NCBI GenBank assembly: GCA_905178155.1
Contig: CAJINV010000006.1
Span: 1,551,876-1,615,875 of the forward strand
Length of the DNA stretch: 64,000 nt
Direction: 5' to 3'
DNA from: Amoebophrya sp. A120
Lineage: Eukaryota > Protista > Dinoflagellata
The first letter of the stretch is position 1. Each line of letters begins with the position of its first letter. The notes under the pieces were generated by a model. It was not told where the DNA came from. It saw only the letters and a list, made by a program, of their open reading frames with translations, and searched no databases. Shown one piece after another: positions 12,255 to 25,437 of this stretch. A program made the translations under genes and the position numbers.

Positions 12255-13698
12255 CGGCTCGAAACTGCTTATCAAGTAGTTTTTCCCGCAATAGCTTCTT
12301 ATCGCAGAAAGAGAAAGCACAAGTAGTCGTAGAGATGAAGTCCGAAAAGCGGCTGTCTGTGCATCTTCTAGGCATTTCTCTATGTATGTACTTACAATTT
12401 TATTTCACGTAAACCATCTATGCGGTGGTATTTTTTTGGCCATGTTCTTACTTTTTTACTAGTAACACACAATCTCAATCTATCATGTTTCTGTTTTTAC
12501 CGAGCCTTTGCTGGGCTCTCGTTTTCTTTTCATTTTTAAACACTATGCTTTTCTTGAGTCTTTTTTTTTTACTATAACATTTTAACACACTTTACAGGCA
12601 CACGCCAAAATCTAAATCTAAATCAAAATCAGTACGACCCTTTGGTGGAAAAACATCCGCACAACATCGACAATGGGCCCGTGCGTTTGTTGATGCTCCC
12701 CTGCATGGTAAATAGCCCTCCCCCGCGCGAAGGTCTGTCTTTTTTCTTAATTTTCAAAATTTACATTTGTCAAACAACATAACACGAAAGTTCAGAAGCA
12801 CGGACCCACAAGTCACGCATTCAGTTTTTTAGCATTTCAACGTATCCTGTTAAGCAAACAACTTCAAACATCTTTGTTTTTTTTATGTAATTTTAGCAAA
12901 CAAAAAAGCACACTCAAAATTCACATTTCTTTTAATCACATTCACAGTATGACTACCCTACCAAAGAAAACAAACTAGACATTACGTTCGTACCCCGGGC
13001 GAAAAAGATAAAATCAGAAATAAGTGCGTACCCCGCTCTTTGGCCTTGATTTTTATTTTATTGCGGAAAAATAAAAAAAAAACCTTACTAGACTTTGACG
13101 ACACTTCTTGTCGTTGCCTGTGAAGTGCGCATAAGCTGCAAGAACATCGATGTTCAGCATATCTTCATGGAGGCTCTCAGTTGCTAAGTACTTGCAACCT
13201 TTCTCGTGAATCGTAGGTCAGTCCAATCGTCTTCTGTGTCGCGGCCGTCGTATTGATCTCGAGCTCGTTTTTGTCCATCGAAGAAGTACTAAAAGAAGCA
13301 GCAGGAAGAGGAACAGAAAGCGCACAAGAACTCTCTCGATCGTTATGGCTTCGTCTATCACTATCAGATCGTTTACCATCTTCGGAACCGATGCCGCTTT
13401 ACTACAAGAACCCCTTCGCAGCCTCGCTCGTGTTGATCGCATGAAGCATCATACTTACCACTTTCACCTTTGTTTTCGCCGAGAAGCGAAGGAAGAATCT
13501 CGTGGCCAAGTCGGTGATCTAATGTATCTGTATGGTTCTCAAAAATATTAAAACAACGCCCAAGCTGAAGTATAGCACCGTGGCCCTGGTGATCCCTGCG
13601 AAAAGCGTTTTCGTTTTGAGTTTGTCTATTTCAGGATAGCAAAAGGTTGTACAAACGAAGATAGCAAAAGTTGTTCAAACGAAAAAGTAAAAGAGATC

Positions 13699-16350
13699 AT
13701 GCTCGCCTCTACGCGGCATAATCTCGTCCTGGACGCAGCAGAGGAGCTGTGGACCAACTTGACAACTTTCTCCACCTCCTCCTCGTCCTCTTCTTGTTCG
13801 CGGCACCGCGTGACAGCATCAAACTTCAGCAGCCTTTTCGTCCCAGGACAGGAGAACACTGTCCTCCCACAACTCCTCGTCAAGGAGTCCGGGTTTTCTG
13901 GTCGCATGCCAGATTTCTACGAGAATCGCTTGCCCGATACCCCGTCCTCTATGCCCGGGAACATCAAGCGCGGTTCCACGAACAAATATGGATTGCAAAT
14001 ATGTCTGGGTCTCGAAGAGTGCAACTTGTATTGCGTGTCCGAGATTCCAGAATAAAGATCTGTATTGCAGAAAAGCAACAAAACTGCCGCAGTTATTTCG
14101 TCATGAAAAAGCGCAGTTTGATGTAATGCGCACTGAAGATGAGAGAGCGTCTGAAATAGAATTTGTCATGCTACAATGCTCTTACAGGCGCAGTCACTCA
14201 TGGCTATTCAGCATTACAGGCTTCCAGCCTCAGACATATTTGCATTCGATAACAAAGGGACCCACACCGTTTCCGAACAGGAAGAGCAGATTCACGAGGT
14301 CGGGAAACTCACCTATCCTGTGCAAAAGTATCGTACTCGTATTGCAATCATGCATTACAAATCTTTTGCCTGAGGTCAATCCGCATTAGAAATTTTCTTT
14401 CTCATGCTAAGGAAATTTGTATATGCATTTATACGAGTACGATACTTTAACTTTTGCAGTTCATATCACCGTCTACGGTGCCATTGGATTCGGCGCGTTT
14501 TCCCTCGGTGGCATCATCGCCGCCACGGAGATGGATCGCAAAGTGCTGACGAAAACGTCAGTATCGAATGGCAATAAAGTTGATGTAAGTTGTACGGTAC
14601 TCGTAGTTAATACCAATAGTGCATGACAAATAGCTTTTCTTAGGAACAACTTTAGCATGAGAAACTCCACTTGTCAGGCACTGCTTGAGCCAATTTGTGT
14701 TGCAAAATGACTACCAGTACTACACTACTTTTGCGAGGCATAACCCGATTTTGTCGACGATTACGTGATGCAGTCCAGTGACGAGGAGATCGATGAGTAT
14801 GGGGACGTTTCAAATGCAAATATCGATCTGGGTCTGGAACCTTGTGATGCTAAAACGTGGCTGATGGAGAAGAGGAGACTGCACTTGACTTCCGAATGGT
14901 GCACCGCCGCATGAAGACAAGTTTCCAGAACGCTTCCTCATAGATAGTTCGCATGAGAATGAGGAACTGCGTCTTCGCATGTTGTCAAAAGAGGCTACGA
15001 CTTTCGTAGTTGGAGGTCACCAGTAATATAGTGCAATACAGATTCAGATTTAATATTCCCAGGAGTGTTGTATACCTCCCATTTTATACACGTTCCAACT
15101 TTCCAGACCCGGATGACATAGTTGCACTCGATAGGACGTGGTGAAAAAACCGAAATCCATGAAAAAGCGTTTCAACCTGAAGGACAAGGTTGACAACTTA
15201 TTCGGCGACCAGTCGGAACTGGAGCCGGACTCTGACGCCACCGACGTGTCCGATATCTCCGACATGGAAAAAGGCTTCCGCCGCACCAAGCGCGAAATCG
15301 AAGCCAGTGGGCAGATTCTGGAGGGCGGGCAGAGTCGGAACAAAAAGACGGACATGCAGAAGGCGCTGCAGCAGACCAAGGAAGCGGAGTTGGGGGTCAA
15401 GGATGACGTATCCTGTGCAAAAGTATCGTGCTCGTACTCGTAGTAATTGCAGTCATGCATTACAAATTTCTTTCCGAACGTAAATCCGCATGACAAATTT
15501 TATCTCTCATGCTGGGGAAATTTGTAATGCATTTATACGAGAAGTGCGATACTTTTGCAGTTCATACGACGTGAAACTAGCGGGGGAAATTCAGGATGAT
15601 GAGGGTGTTAATGCTGCTCTTGGCGGTGGACTGCAGGGAGTGAATGCCGGAGAAGGAGTATCCAAGAAAAAAACTGTGTTAGTGTAACTTTCTTTGGCTG
15701 ACAGCATCACAAATATGCTCTACATGACAGAGAAAACCTGTCATGCGTGGCTTGTAAGGGGAAATACACATGAAAAAAGGACTTCATGGCTGTGTGGCAT
15801 GACAGATGTAACTCTGTTGCATGTTTTGCATTACAGATTTACACTTAATACACAGTTTTTTTCTTGCATAAGGAGGGGATAGCGACGATCAACAGGACGC
15901 GATGATGGAGAAGCGCCGGCGGGAAGTGCTGCAGGCATATGCATTGCAAATATGTTTCTGGGTCTGGATTTGTCATGCAAAAGAAAGTTGCAGGGGAAAG
16001 AGATAAAGATCTGTGATGCAGCAGGGCTAGGACACACTTTTTTCTGTCGTGCTGTAACAAGAGCCCGCAATTATACGGCCCGAAAAATTTGTGATGCGTG
16101 GATATTGTCGCACAGAGCCTCGCTCTGTCATGCAATACTCTGCAACACAAATTCGGTGCGTCCTCTTTTCAGCCCCGGATCTTCGATATTTGCATTTGAT
16201 AAGGGGCAGCAGGAAGCGAATGCGGTGGGGAACGTGGCCATGATGGGCAAGGGAGGACAACAGGGAGGTGGTGCAGCGGATAGTCCGGGCGAGAAGGCGA
16301 AGGGCGACAGTCCGAAAGCAAAAAAGAAACCGGGGAAGAAAAAGAAGTGA
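13699..16350 (+). CDS. Gene 2: hypothetical protein with one hydrophobic segment and acidic/basic C-terminus (7 introners)
   Basis: Continuous frame after element removal: ..IHEVGKLT|VYGAIGFGAFSLGGIIAATEMDRK..|DFVDDYVMQSSDEE..KKKPGKKKK*. Start codon uncertain. Confidence 0.7.
13987..14251. mobile_element. Introner family A
   Basis: flanks acaaa/acaaa. Confidence 0.9.
14314..14465. mobile_element. Introner family B
   Basis: flanks tcacc/tcacc. Confidence 0.9.
14562..14742. mobile_element. Introner family B (degenerate)
   Basis: eroded TIR; flanks gtcag/acccg; frame restored. Confidence 0.7.
14808..15133. mobile_element. Introner family A (degenerate, starts TTT)
   Basis: flanks ggacg/ggacg. 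Confidence 0.8.
15409..15566. mobile_element. Introner family B
   Basis: flanks tgacg/cgacg. Confidence 0.9.
15659..15870. mobile_element. Introner family F
   Basis: flanks aggag/aggag. Confidence 0.9.
15938..16201. mobile_element. Introner family A
   Basis: flanks aggca/agggg. Confidence 0.8.
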
Positions 16351-17924
16351 ATAAAATATGTTGAGTGCATCAATGTCAAGAGATATTTTCAAACAACGTG
16401 CTCCATAGATGGCCACTCACTCTTGCTGCACCGGGGCCGCTCCTTCTTGCATGGAGGCTCCTGCTCTGAGTACAACTTACTAGTAGGAAGACGTACAAGA
16501 AGAACGTCACAATGGTGAGAAAAGTGGATGCTTTTTCAGAAGTAGTCTTGCGCACGAATGAATTTTTAGCTGCAGAAGATCTTCTTGCACGAAGGCTTTA
16601 ATACTAGAAGAAGTTCTTGGATGAAGATCCGCCCATCGATGAAGATAATTTCATGAGAGAAGTATCTCTTGAAATAATAAAGTCGGTGTCGTGGCAAAAA
16701 TTATGGAATCGAATCAGATCAATCGGTGTCGGTTAACCACCGCTTAGCCTTTTGCTGAATAAAGCCTTCGCTGGTTTGATCGGTAGATCCGGATTGCGCT
16801 TGATCTGTTGATGACCACTAAGGGCGGAGGACAGATGGAGGTCGTTTTGGTGGAAGACAGAGACACTATATAAACGAGTATAGATAAATATTTTTTTCGC
16901 GCGCAGCTAAAAGGTCGGGCAGCGTTCGCATACGAGTGATGCCGCGGGATACACGACCCAGAAGTCGTGCAGGCAATTAAGTAGTAACCTAGTAGAGGAA
17001 GTAAACACACAGCACATAGACAGTTCCTGGCTGCTCGCCTGGTGGTAGTTTAGCATTCCTTTCAGCAAACTGTCAAAGAAGCTTGCGCTCGACTCGATTT
17101 TTTCGATCAACCAAAGCCAGGGGAAAAAAAGAACCCGATCGCTTTCTACTTCGACCTGTAAAATAAATTACAGAGAAGAACAAGTCGCGCACTAACTACA
17201 GAAAAGTCGCCCTGTAAGTAGTACTTTGACCTGTAGTTTTTTTTACAGAAACGTAAGTTACCTTTTACAGCACAGGCTTGGTCACCATGATGACGTTGCC
17301 GCGCTTAATCTCGTTCGCTGCTGGTGCTGTGCTTTATCACGGCGGTATGCAGAACCTTCTCCAAGCGCAGCTGCTGCTGGTCGGTGCCCTGTCCCTAAAT
17401 CCTAAAACGACCGGTGCCAATTCCGCCACGACCCCAGTGGGAGATGAACAACCGAGCGAGGCGAAAGAGGAGCAGGCGAAGGAGCAGGCCGGGCTGCCGA
17501 GCGAGGCGGAAGACGAAGAGAAGGCGAAGGAGCAGGCCCGGCTGCAGGGCGCTGCGGAGGAACAGGCCCGGCTGCAGGGCGTTGCGGAGGAGAAGGCGAA
17601 GGAGAAGGAACGGCTGCAGGGCGTTGCGTAGGAGCAGGCGAAGGACGAGCAGGCCCGGCTGCAGGGCGTTGTGGAGGAACAGGCCCGGCTGCAGGGCGTT
17701 GCGGAGGAACAGGCCCGGCTGCAGGGCGTTGCGGAGGAGAAGGACCGGCAGCTGCGGGAGAAGCAGGCCCAGCTGCAGAGGGAGCAGGAGCTGCAGAGAA
17801 AGGAGCAGCAGCTTGCGCAGGAGCAGCAGCGGCTGCGGCAGGAGGAGGATTTTTTGCGGAGGGGGGGCGCCCGGCAGGGGCAGCCGTACGGCAATTACAA
17901 TCCTGCTGGTGGCGCACTTCCACT

Positions 17925-18226
17925 TATCAGATTGTTCTCAAATCGATTACCTTCTCAACTGTTACATGAGTAGCTGTCATGCAAAATGACCATGAGGAGC
18001 TGCTGCTGCAACCACATCACGGCCAAGCGGCTGCGCATGACAAAAAATTTTCGAAGCTGCGCTAAACAGCATCTGAAAAAGAAAAACCTGTGCAAAATTT
18101 GTAAAAAATGCAAGAACTTCTACTGCAAGATCGTCCCTCTCGGCGCTTTCGCTTTTCTACTTGCATTTCAAATACAACAATTTCATCGTAAAGACAGTTG
18201 AGAATGTAACGGCTGAGAGCCGCATA
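17925..18226. mobile_element. Introner family E (old, shared with 23354)
   Basis: degenerate TIR; flanks ccact/ttacc. Confidence 0.75.
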
Positions 18227-18431
18227 TTACCACTTGCGGGTTTCGGGGCGGGGGTTCTTGCTGGAGAACTTGCTGCAGGTGGATTTCGCCCAGGACTCAT
18301 TCCTGGACCCGTTGGCCCAGGATTCATGCCTGGACCCGTTGGCGGACCCGGAGCCCTGGCCATGGATGGTCTTCAGCGGGAGCAAGAAGGCCGTTTTCTG
18401 GAGATGGAGGGTGCTATGCTGGGGAACCCAG

Positions 18432-18759
18432 TATGGATTGCACCAAATATTATGTCTGGGTCTGGAAGGATGCAAGGTTATTTGTCATGCACATTTTGCA
18501 TGAGCAGCAGTCCTGATCGATCTGTGTGATGCATGCCCTAGCATCACAGATTTTGTGAGCAGGCCTTTCTGGAGATGCCTTTACCGCATGAGATGAAACT
18601 ACCGCATAAGAAATAATGCTTTCTCGCAATGGCAAAATAAATTTACTGGACGGCTTTTGCTGTTCATGCAACACAGATTTTTGTAGAATCCAGTTGCAGA
18701 CGCAGCATCACAAGTTCGCATCCTTCCAGACCCAGCACACTACATGTTTGCATTTGATA
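18432..18759. mobile_element. Introner family A
   Basis: flanks cccag/cccag; empty site in paralogue. Confidence 0.9.
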
Positions 18760-18831
18760 CCCAGGCATGGTCGCGGCCGGTGAGATGATGGAGCAACAAG
18801 GTCGGGCGGAGGAACGTCTCGCATTCGCTGA

Positions 18832-18976
18832 TATGCTGTGCAAAAGTATCGTACTCGTATAAATGCAGGTCTTGCATTACAAATTTCTTTGTCAAGGCAA
18901 ATCAGCATCACAAATTTTATTTCTCATGCTGTGAAAATAATGCATTTATACGAGTACGATACTTTTGCAAAGGATA
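18832..18976. mobile_element. Introner family B
   Basis: flanks gctga/gctga; empty site in paralogue. Confidence 0.9.
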
Positions 18977-18997
18977 GCTGAACAAGCCCTGAACCCA

Positions 18998-19289
18998 TAT
19001 CAAATGCAAATATGTCTGGATGTCTGGAAGATTCCGAGATTTGTCATGCAGTTTTTCCAAACTCCCCCACGTCTGGAATACGGGGCCTAGCATCTTCTTC
19101 ACAGGTTCTGCAGCCCCTTGGCCGCGATCCCTATAATTCTGCATGAGAACAAATGCCCTCTCAGCATGGCCAGAATATGGCACTAGTTGCACGTCATGCG
19201 TCACAGATCTTCATCTTTGTGAGATCCGCAACACGGATCACAAGTTCGGATCATGCTTCCAGACCCAGACTACATATTTGCAATTGATA
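18998..19289. mobile_element. Introner family A (shared with 24195)
   Basis: flanks accca/gtgca. Confidence 0.85.
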
Positions 19290-19368
19290 GTGCATTTCCG
19301 TGGCGGTAAAGGAGGAGTTTCTTGGCCGCGTGGAAGTGGAACAGCAAGGCAACGAACAACAAGAAGGA

Positions 19369-19514
19369 TATCCTGTTCGAAAGTATCGTAGTCATAGTAA
19401 TAATTGCAGTCATGCGTATATAAATCTTTTTCTTAAGGTAAATCCGCACTACAAACTTTATTTCTCATGCTGAGTATATCCATTTATACGAGTGCGATTC
19501 TTTTGCAGTTCATA
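19369..19514. mobile_element. Introner family B in putative 3' UTR
   Basis: TIRs present, flanks diverged. Confidence 0.75.
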
Positions 19515-19918
19515 AAACCAACAACGAACAACAAACAGAATTGTTATTGTACTGAAGAAGATCATAGTACATCACAAGAACTTCTCCAACGCCTTTAACA
19601 TTCTTTTTTACTGCACACGACAGCACACCAGCACACTCATGATGATGGAAGCTGCGCCATTCTACAAAGATGGGGCGGCTTTATTTTTCAGAGGCAAAAA
19701 GGCACAGGTAGCAACTCACGGCGCGCTCTTTTGCCACTTTGGAAAAAAAATTTCACTTCTCGAAATTCTCGTAGACCACCGCACACGACACAGCACTCTC
19801 ATGATAGCACTCGCGAAATGTTGGAGATGACCTGCCACGTTCATATACTGGCTGGGTCGTCCTCGTATCTTTTTCTTTTTCGCATAAATCCTGCCAAGAA
19901 AACACCAAACAAGCCAGG

Positions 19919-20535
19919 CGAAATTTGTCTTCTTCCCCATTTCGGCCCGAGCGACGCAGGGGGCGCGGGTATTTATTAAAAAGGGCCGGCCCCCCTTCGC
20001 GTATAAGCCTCGGGCCGTGACTCTCCGGCGGCGCGAAAATCTCGGGAAAAAAAAAAGAAAGGCGCCGCCGATGTACATGGCAGGCAAGCAAGCTAGCGAA
20101 GGCGCGGCGGAGTATGTGACCGCCGTAGCCCCGAAACGTTGACTCACCAAGAAAGCCCGACGAAATTTCTCTTCTATCTTCTCCACTCCGGCCCGAGCGG
20201 CGCCAGGGGCGCGGGTATTATTTAAAAACGAAGCGCCGGCCCCCTCACGCGTGTAACTCTTGGGCCGTGACTCTCCGGCGGCTCGAAAATTAATCCCGGG
20301 AAAAAAAAAAGGAAAAGCGCCGCCGACGTAGTTAGCACGCACGCAGGCAAGCAAGCGAAGGCGCGGCGGAGTGTGTGACCGCCGCAGCCCCGAAGCAAAC
20401 TTTAACTTACTAACACTCACCGAGGAAGCCCGACGAAATTTGTCTTCTTCTCCATTTCAGCCCGAGCGACGCTGGGGGTGCGGGTATTATTCAAAAACAA
20501 AGGGCCGACCCCCACGCGTGTAATTCTTGGGCCGC
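19919..20535. repeat. GC-rich tandem repeat, about 2.5 units of 240-270 bp
   Basis: cgaaattt.tcttct..cccgagcg.cgc.gggg.gcgggtatt recurs at 19919, 20161 and 20434. Confidence 0.8.
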
Positions 20536-21916
20536 ATCTTCACTGCGGCGACAGGCTCGACAGTCGTCACTCGTATTCAAGTCCGAGCGCAGTAGAGGAC
20601 GGAGAACTTGCTACAAGGTGAGCGACCTCTTTATGCAGAACTGAGAGGAAGTAAAGTCGCACCCGCACGCCACTCGCGTCCGCTTCCTATAGTTGTGACA
20701 GCGCATATAAAAATGGAGGAATGGCTCCTGAGGTCCAAAAGCCGCTTTTTTTGCAGCTGTTTGCCGTGTAGCATTCAATGACTTGATCGTGACGAACCTC
20801 GTGGTCAGCACCAGCGGGGATTCATCTGTAGTTATGGCTGAGGTCCAAAAACCGCTTTTTTTGCAGTTGTCCACCGCCGTGTAAGATTTACATGAGTTTA
20901 GAAGGTTCATCTTCACATCGTGAAGAAGAAGAAGAACCTCAGCGGGGATAAAAATTCATCTGATGGTGAGAATTATATCAGATTTTTTTTCTACTTCTGC
21001 GCCGATTTTTTTTACGTGCCACGACCTGTGCTAATAATAGTGTTCGGCTTGTTTCAGCAACACATACATCAACGAAGAAGTTCTTGAGTCCAATCGAAGG
21101 ATCGCGAGATCATGTGAGAAGAAGTTCTCCTGTTGAAATAAAAACGGTGCGGCAAAAATTATGACAAAAATGGAATCGACTCAAGAAATCTCAATCGGTG
21201 TTGTAGAAGTTCCTTGCACCAGCCCAGAATGATCTGAAGAACTGTTGCCATTCTACTAGTACCTCGAAGTAGAAGTACCAACAAGAATGAACGTCCATCT
21301 TTCACGAGAAGAGCAGTTTGGATCGTAGATGAAATTGAAAGGACAACGACGTCAAGATCCTGAGTCAACATCTCGGTCACCTTGTGCTGTCTGCTACTTC
21401 AAAATAAGTAAAGAATATTAAACCGAGAGCGAAGTTGTACTATAATCTCTATCCTCAAGGTCGTACTATGTTGATCCAGTAGAACAATGTCCTTCTTTCT
21501 TTTCATCCATCAAAGCCAGGAGTAGAAAACACCCGATCATCACCTTCTACTTCGACCTGTAATTTTTACAGAAAATAACAAGTCACACACAACTACTTCT
21601 ACACGAGAAAAGTCACCCCATACAACTTCGACCTGTAATTGCAGAAAAGTCAGAGTCACGAGGACCTTTTACAGTAATTACAGCACCCCAAAGTAAGAAG
21701 TAGAAAAGCTACCATAGTACCAGAGCCAGGCTGTCGAGAGTCTTTCGACGCTGCGCTTTGTTCTAAATCTAAATATCTTCCCTGTACTACTTTTGTGAAA
21801 TAAGAGGCTGTTGAGACGAGTATACTTTCTATAGTTCATCCCTCTACACATCAAAGATCCAGTAAATTATAGTTGTCGCTGTCCTGAACAAGCAAAATAA
21901 ACTATTCTTCACAATC

Positions 21917-24518
21917 ATGACGCTGCCGCGCGGAAAATTTTCGTTCGCTGCAGCTGCTGGTGCAGCTGTCGTGCTTAATTACAGCGGTATGCAGCAGCTG
22001 CTGCCGGTTGGTGCCCTGTCCCTAAATCCTAAAACGACCGGTGCCGATTCCGCCCCAGTGGGAGATGTTGAAATACCGTACCGTATTTCCATAACGGACC
22101 ACCGCACCGGATCGACCTGGACCTACCGTCCTAAGTTTCTATATGAAACGGACCCTCCTAAAATTGCCTCCGTTGGCGACCTGGAAAAGTGGTTGCGCAC
22201 CACTGCCCACTCTACTGCAGGAGCTGCGCTAAATGATCCGCCGCTAGGTCCTGGCCAGTATGCGGCTTTCATTGGTACGACTGAACCTGTGCCGCAATCG
22301 CAAATTCCGGCAAATAGGAAGTACGTCGAAGAAGGAAACTCGTATATTCCGTCGTGGGAGACATCCTTACGCTTGTATGTCCGGGAAGGGAACACGAACA
22401 ACCCGGACCTAAAAAAGGAGGAGGAGGAGTTGTACCTTCGGCAGGAGTATCAAATGCAAAGATCGATCTGGGTCTGGAACCATGCAACTTGTCATGCTAC
22501 ATTTGGATTTTTCCAAAAAAAATTGTATTGTATGAGCAGCAAGAAGGGGAGTTGTGTACTAATTTTTGCTACGCGGAAGATCAAAGGGCATTTCCATTTT
22601 TCATGCGGAACAGGCATATTGAAGAACAAGAAGCCCTCAAAATAAAATCTGTGAAGATGCTAGCGCATGCATCACAGATCGATCAGGGCAGCTCCTGATG
22701 CACAAAACGTGCGTGCCAGGTGTCAGAACTCCTTCCGGACCCAAATCGATATTTGCATTGGATAAGGAGGAGGCCCGGCTGCGCAGCGAGGCGACGGAAA
22801 AGGAACGGCAGCGCGAGGCGGAGGAGAAGGCGGAGGAGCAGGCCCGACTGCAGCGCGAGGCGGAGGAAAAGGCGAAGGAGCAAGCCCGACTGCAGCGCGA
22901 GGCAGAGGAGAAGGAACGGCAGCTGCAGGAGAAGCATGCCCAGCTGCAAAAGGAGGCGGAGGCCCAGCGGGAGATGCAGGCCCAGCTGCAGAGGGAGGCG
23001 GAGGCCCAGCGGCTGCGGGAGCAGGCCCGGTTGCAGGAGGAGCAGGCCCGGCAGCTGCGGGAAAAGCAGGCCCAGCTGCAGAGGGAGGCGGAGGCCCAGC
23101 GGCTGCGGGAGCAGGCCCGGTTGCAGGAGGAGCAGGCCCGGCAGCTGCGGGAAAAGCAGGCCCAGCTGCAGAGGGAGGCGGAGGCCCAGCGGCTGCGGGA
23201 GCAGCAGGCCCAGCTGCAGAGGGAGCAGCAGCTGCGGAGAGAGCAGGAGCAGCTTGCGCGGGATCGGCAGCGGCTGCAGCAGGAGGAGGATTTTTTGCGG
23301 AGGGGGGGCGGCCGGCCGCCGTACAACAACTACAATCCTGCTGGTAGCGCTATTATGGGATTGTTCTCAAATCGATTACCTTCTCAACCGTTACATGAGT
23401 AGTTGTCATGCAAAATGAAGACCATAAGCTGCAACCACATCACGGCCAAGCGACTGCGCATGAGAAAAAATTTTCGAAGCTGCGCTAAAGAGCATCTAAA
23501 ATATGTTTGTAAAATTTGTAAAAGATGCAAGAACTACTGCAAGATCTTCGTCCCTCTCGCTTTCGCTTTTCTACTTGCATTTCAAATACAACAATGCCAT
23601 CGTAAAAACAGTTGAGAACGTAACGGCTGAGAGCCGCATACCACTTGCGGGTTTCGGGGCGGGGGTTATTGCTGGAGAACTTGCTGGAGGTGGATTTCGC
23701 CTATGCATTGCAAATATGTCTGGGTCTGGTAGAGTACAACTTGTCATGCTAAATCTGAACCATACAAAAATCTGTGTTGCATGATTATGTATGATTACCA
23801 ATAAAGCTGTTCACTTTTGAGAAGGCCGAGAGGCAGTTTCTCATGCGGAAAAGGCATGGTAAAGCTAAAGATCTCACAGAATCTGTGATGCTAGGGTATG
23901 CATCACAGACCTCACGCGTCATGCAAAACGTGCATGACAAACGTTGCACTTTTCCAGACCCAGATCGATATTTTCATTTGATCTCGCCCCTATGGACCTT
24001 ACCCAAGCGGATTCGCTCCTGGACTCGGTGCCGGACCTGCAGGCCTGATCGCGAAGGGTGCTTGCGACGAGATGGCGGGTGAATGTCTGGAGATGGAGGG
24101 TCGTATGCTGGGGGATCCAGGCATGATCGCGGCCGGTAAGATGCTGGAGCGAGAAGGTCAGTTCGAGGAAGGTCTCGGACTCGCTGAAGCTGCATATCAA
24201 ATGCAAATATGTCTGGATGTCTGGAAGATTCCGAGATTTGTCATGCAGTTTTATTTCCAAATCCAAGCTCCCCCACGTCTGGAATGCGGGGCCTAGCATC
24301 TTCACAGGTTCATCTGCAACCCCTTGGCGAAGATGTAGATGCCACCTCTTCTGCATGAGTAATGCCCTCTCAGCATGTTGGCCAGAAGATGGCACTTTTT
24401 GCACGTCATGCATCACAGATCTTTGTGAGATCCGCAACACGCATCACAAGTTCGGATCCTTCCAGACCCACAGTACATGTTTGCAATTGATAGTGCATTT
24501 GGTTTTCCGTGGTGGTAA
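21917..24518 (+). CDS. Gene 3b: putative secreted coiled-coil, Gly-rich protein (4 introners)
   Basis: MTLPRGKFSFAAAAGAAVVL..LLPVGALSLNPK; (E/Q/R) repeats; LAGFGAGVIAGELAGGGF; frame intact after element removal to FGFPWW*. Confidence 0.75.
22448..22764. mobile_element. Introner family A
   Basis: flanks aggag/aggag. Confidence 0.9.
23354..23640. mobile_element. Introner family E (old)
   Basis: flanks gctat/ccact. Confidence 0.75.
23702..23983. mobile_element. Introner family A (ends ATC)
   Basis: flanks tcgcc/tcgcc; empty site in paralogue. Confidence 0.85.
24195..24492. mobile_element. Introner family A
   Basis: flanks ctgca/gtgca. Confidence 0.9.
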
Positions 24519-24939
24519 AGAAGGAGTTTCTGGGCCGCGTGGAAGTGGAACAACAAAGGGCATGGTATTTGTCGCTCGTGCCGCCAAGAAGGGTGGCACA
24601 TCAACCGCAGCGGCGCGGGATTTTTATTAAGTTTAAGTATATTCTTCGTAAGCATAGAGCAGTAGAAAATTTTGGAAACGGAGACAAGACCCAAGGAACA
24701 ATGTGCGAAAGAGAGCAAAAAAGCGCAATGAACTAGAAAAGAGCACCCACAACATCAACAACTGGATCTTCTTCACTTGCAAAAATTATAGCATTATCAT
24801 CTTTTGAGAACAGAAGCAGAACAGATGTACAGTATTAAACGAGACCTCGCTACAAGCTCTCATGATCTCTGAGGAAGCGTTTCCTTCGTCCTTCGGGACG
24901 AAGGAAGCTGTGCACCACTTCTTGCTAAGCAACTTTAGC

Positions 24940-25206
24940 TATCAAATGCAAAAATGTCTGGGTCTGGAAGAAAAAGAATGTAAACTTTTCATGCAGATTT
25001 TCCATGTCCCATGAGGTCTGGAATGCGGGACCTAGTAAGCCAAACTCTGTGAGGTCTCTACCATGCCTGTCGTGCATGAGAAACTCCCTCCCAACTTGGT
25101 CAAAAGTGGACGGCTTTTGGCACTCATGCAACACAGATTTTTGCATGCTTCGGATTTAGCATCACAAGTTATTGTCTTCCAGACCCAGACATATTTGCAA
25201 TGCATA
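24940..25206. mobile_element. Introner family A (host gene unclear)
   Basis: flanks ttagc/ttggc. Confidence 0.85.
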
Positions 25207-25288
25207 TTGGCAAGAGCTTCCTTGCTGGACGGAAATCCAGGTTGTAGCAAGCAACTCCCGAAGCAGGTGGTCGTAGCAAGCACCAGCT

Positions 25289-25437
25289 TATCCTGTGCAA
25301 AAGTATCGTACTCGTAGTAATTGCAGTCATGCATTGCAAATCTTCTTCTTAAGGTAAATCCGCATTACAAATTTCATTTCTCATGCTAAGGAAATTTGTA
25401 ATGCATTTATACGAGTGCGATACTTTTGCAATTCATA
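25289..25437. mobile_element. Introner family B (host gene unclear)
   Basis: flanks cagct/cagct. Confidence 0.9.

Larger units (their letters stand above)
17287..19309 (+). pseudogene. Gene 3a: putative secreted E/Q/R coiled-coil, Gly/Pro-rich protein with in-frame TAG at 17629-17631
   Basis: Hydrophobic N-terminus MMTLPRLISFAAGAVL..LLLVGALSLNPK, repeats EEQARLQGVA, GAG>TAG in one repeat unit, ends FPWR*. Paralogue of 21917-24518. Confidence 0.6.
16640..24555 (+). repeat. Segmental duplication (about 16640-19345 vs 21090-24555) producing genes 3a/3b
   Basis: Shared upstream blocks, N-terminus, C-terminus and two shared introners. Confidence 0.8.

Noticed and set aside
19662-20616. TSD-bounded transposon around the GC-rich tandem repeat
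   Set aside because: Only a 6-bp ctacaa match and no TIRs; kept as a plain repeat.
12255-22000. Dinoflagellate spliced-leader relics, tRNA or rRNA genes
   Set aside because: No CCGTAGCCATTTTGGCTCAAG-like match or recognisable structured RNA found by eye; a covariance search was not possible.
17337-23418. Long Cys/Ser- or Arg-rich ORFs overlapping genes 3a/3b
   Set aside because: They are shadow frames of the E/Q/R coding repeats.
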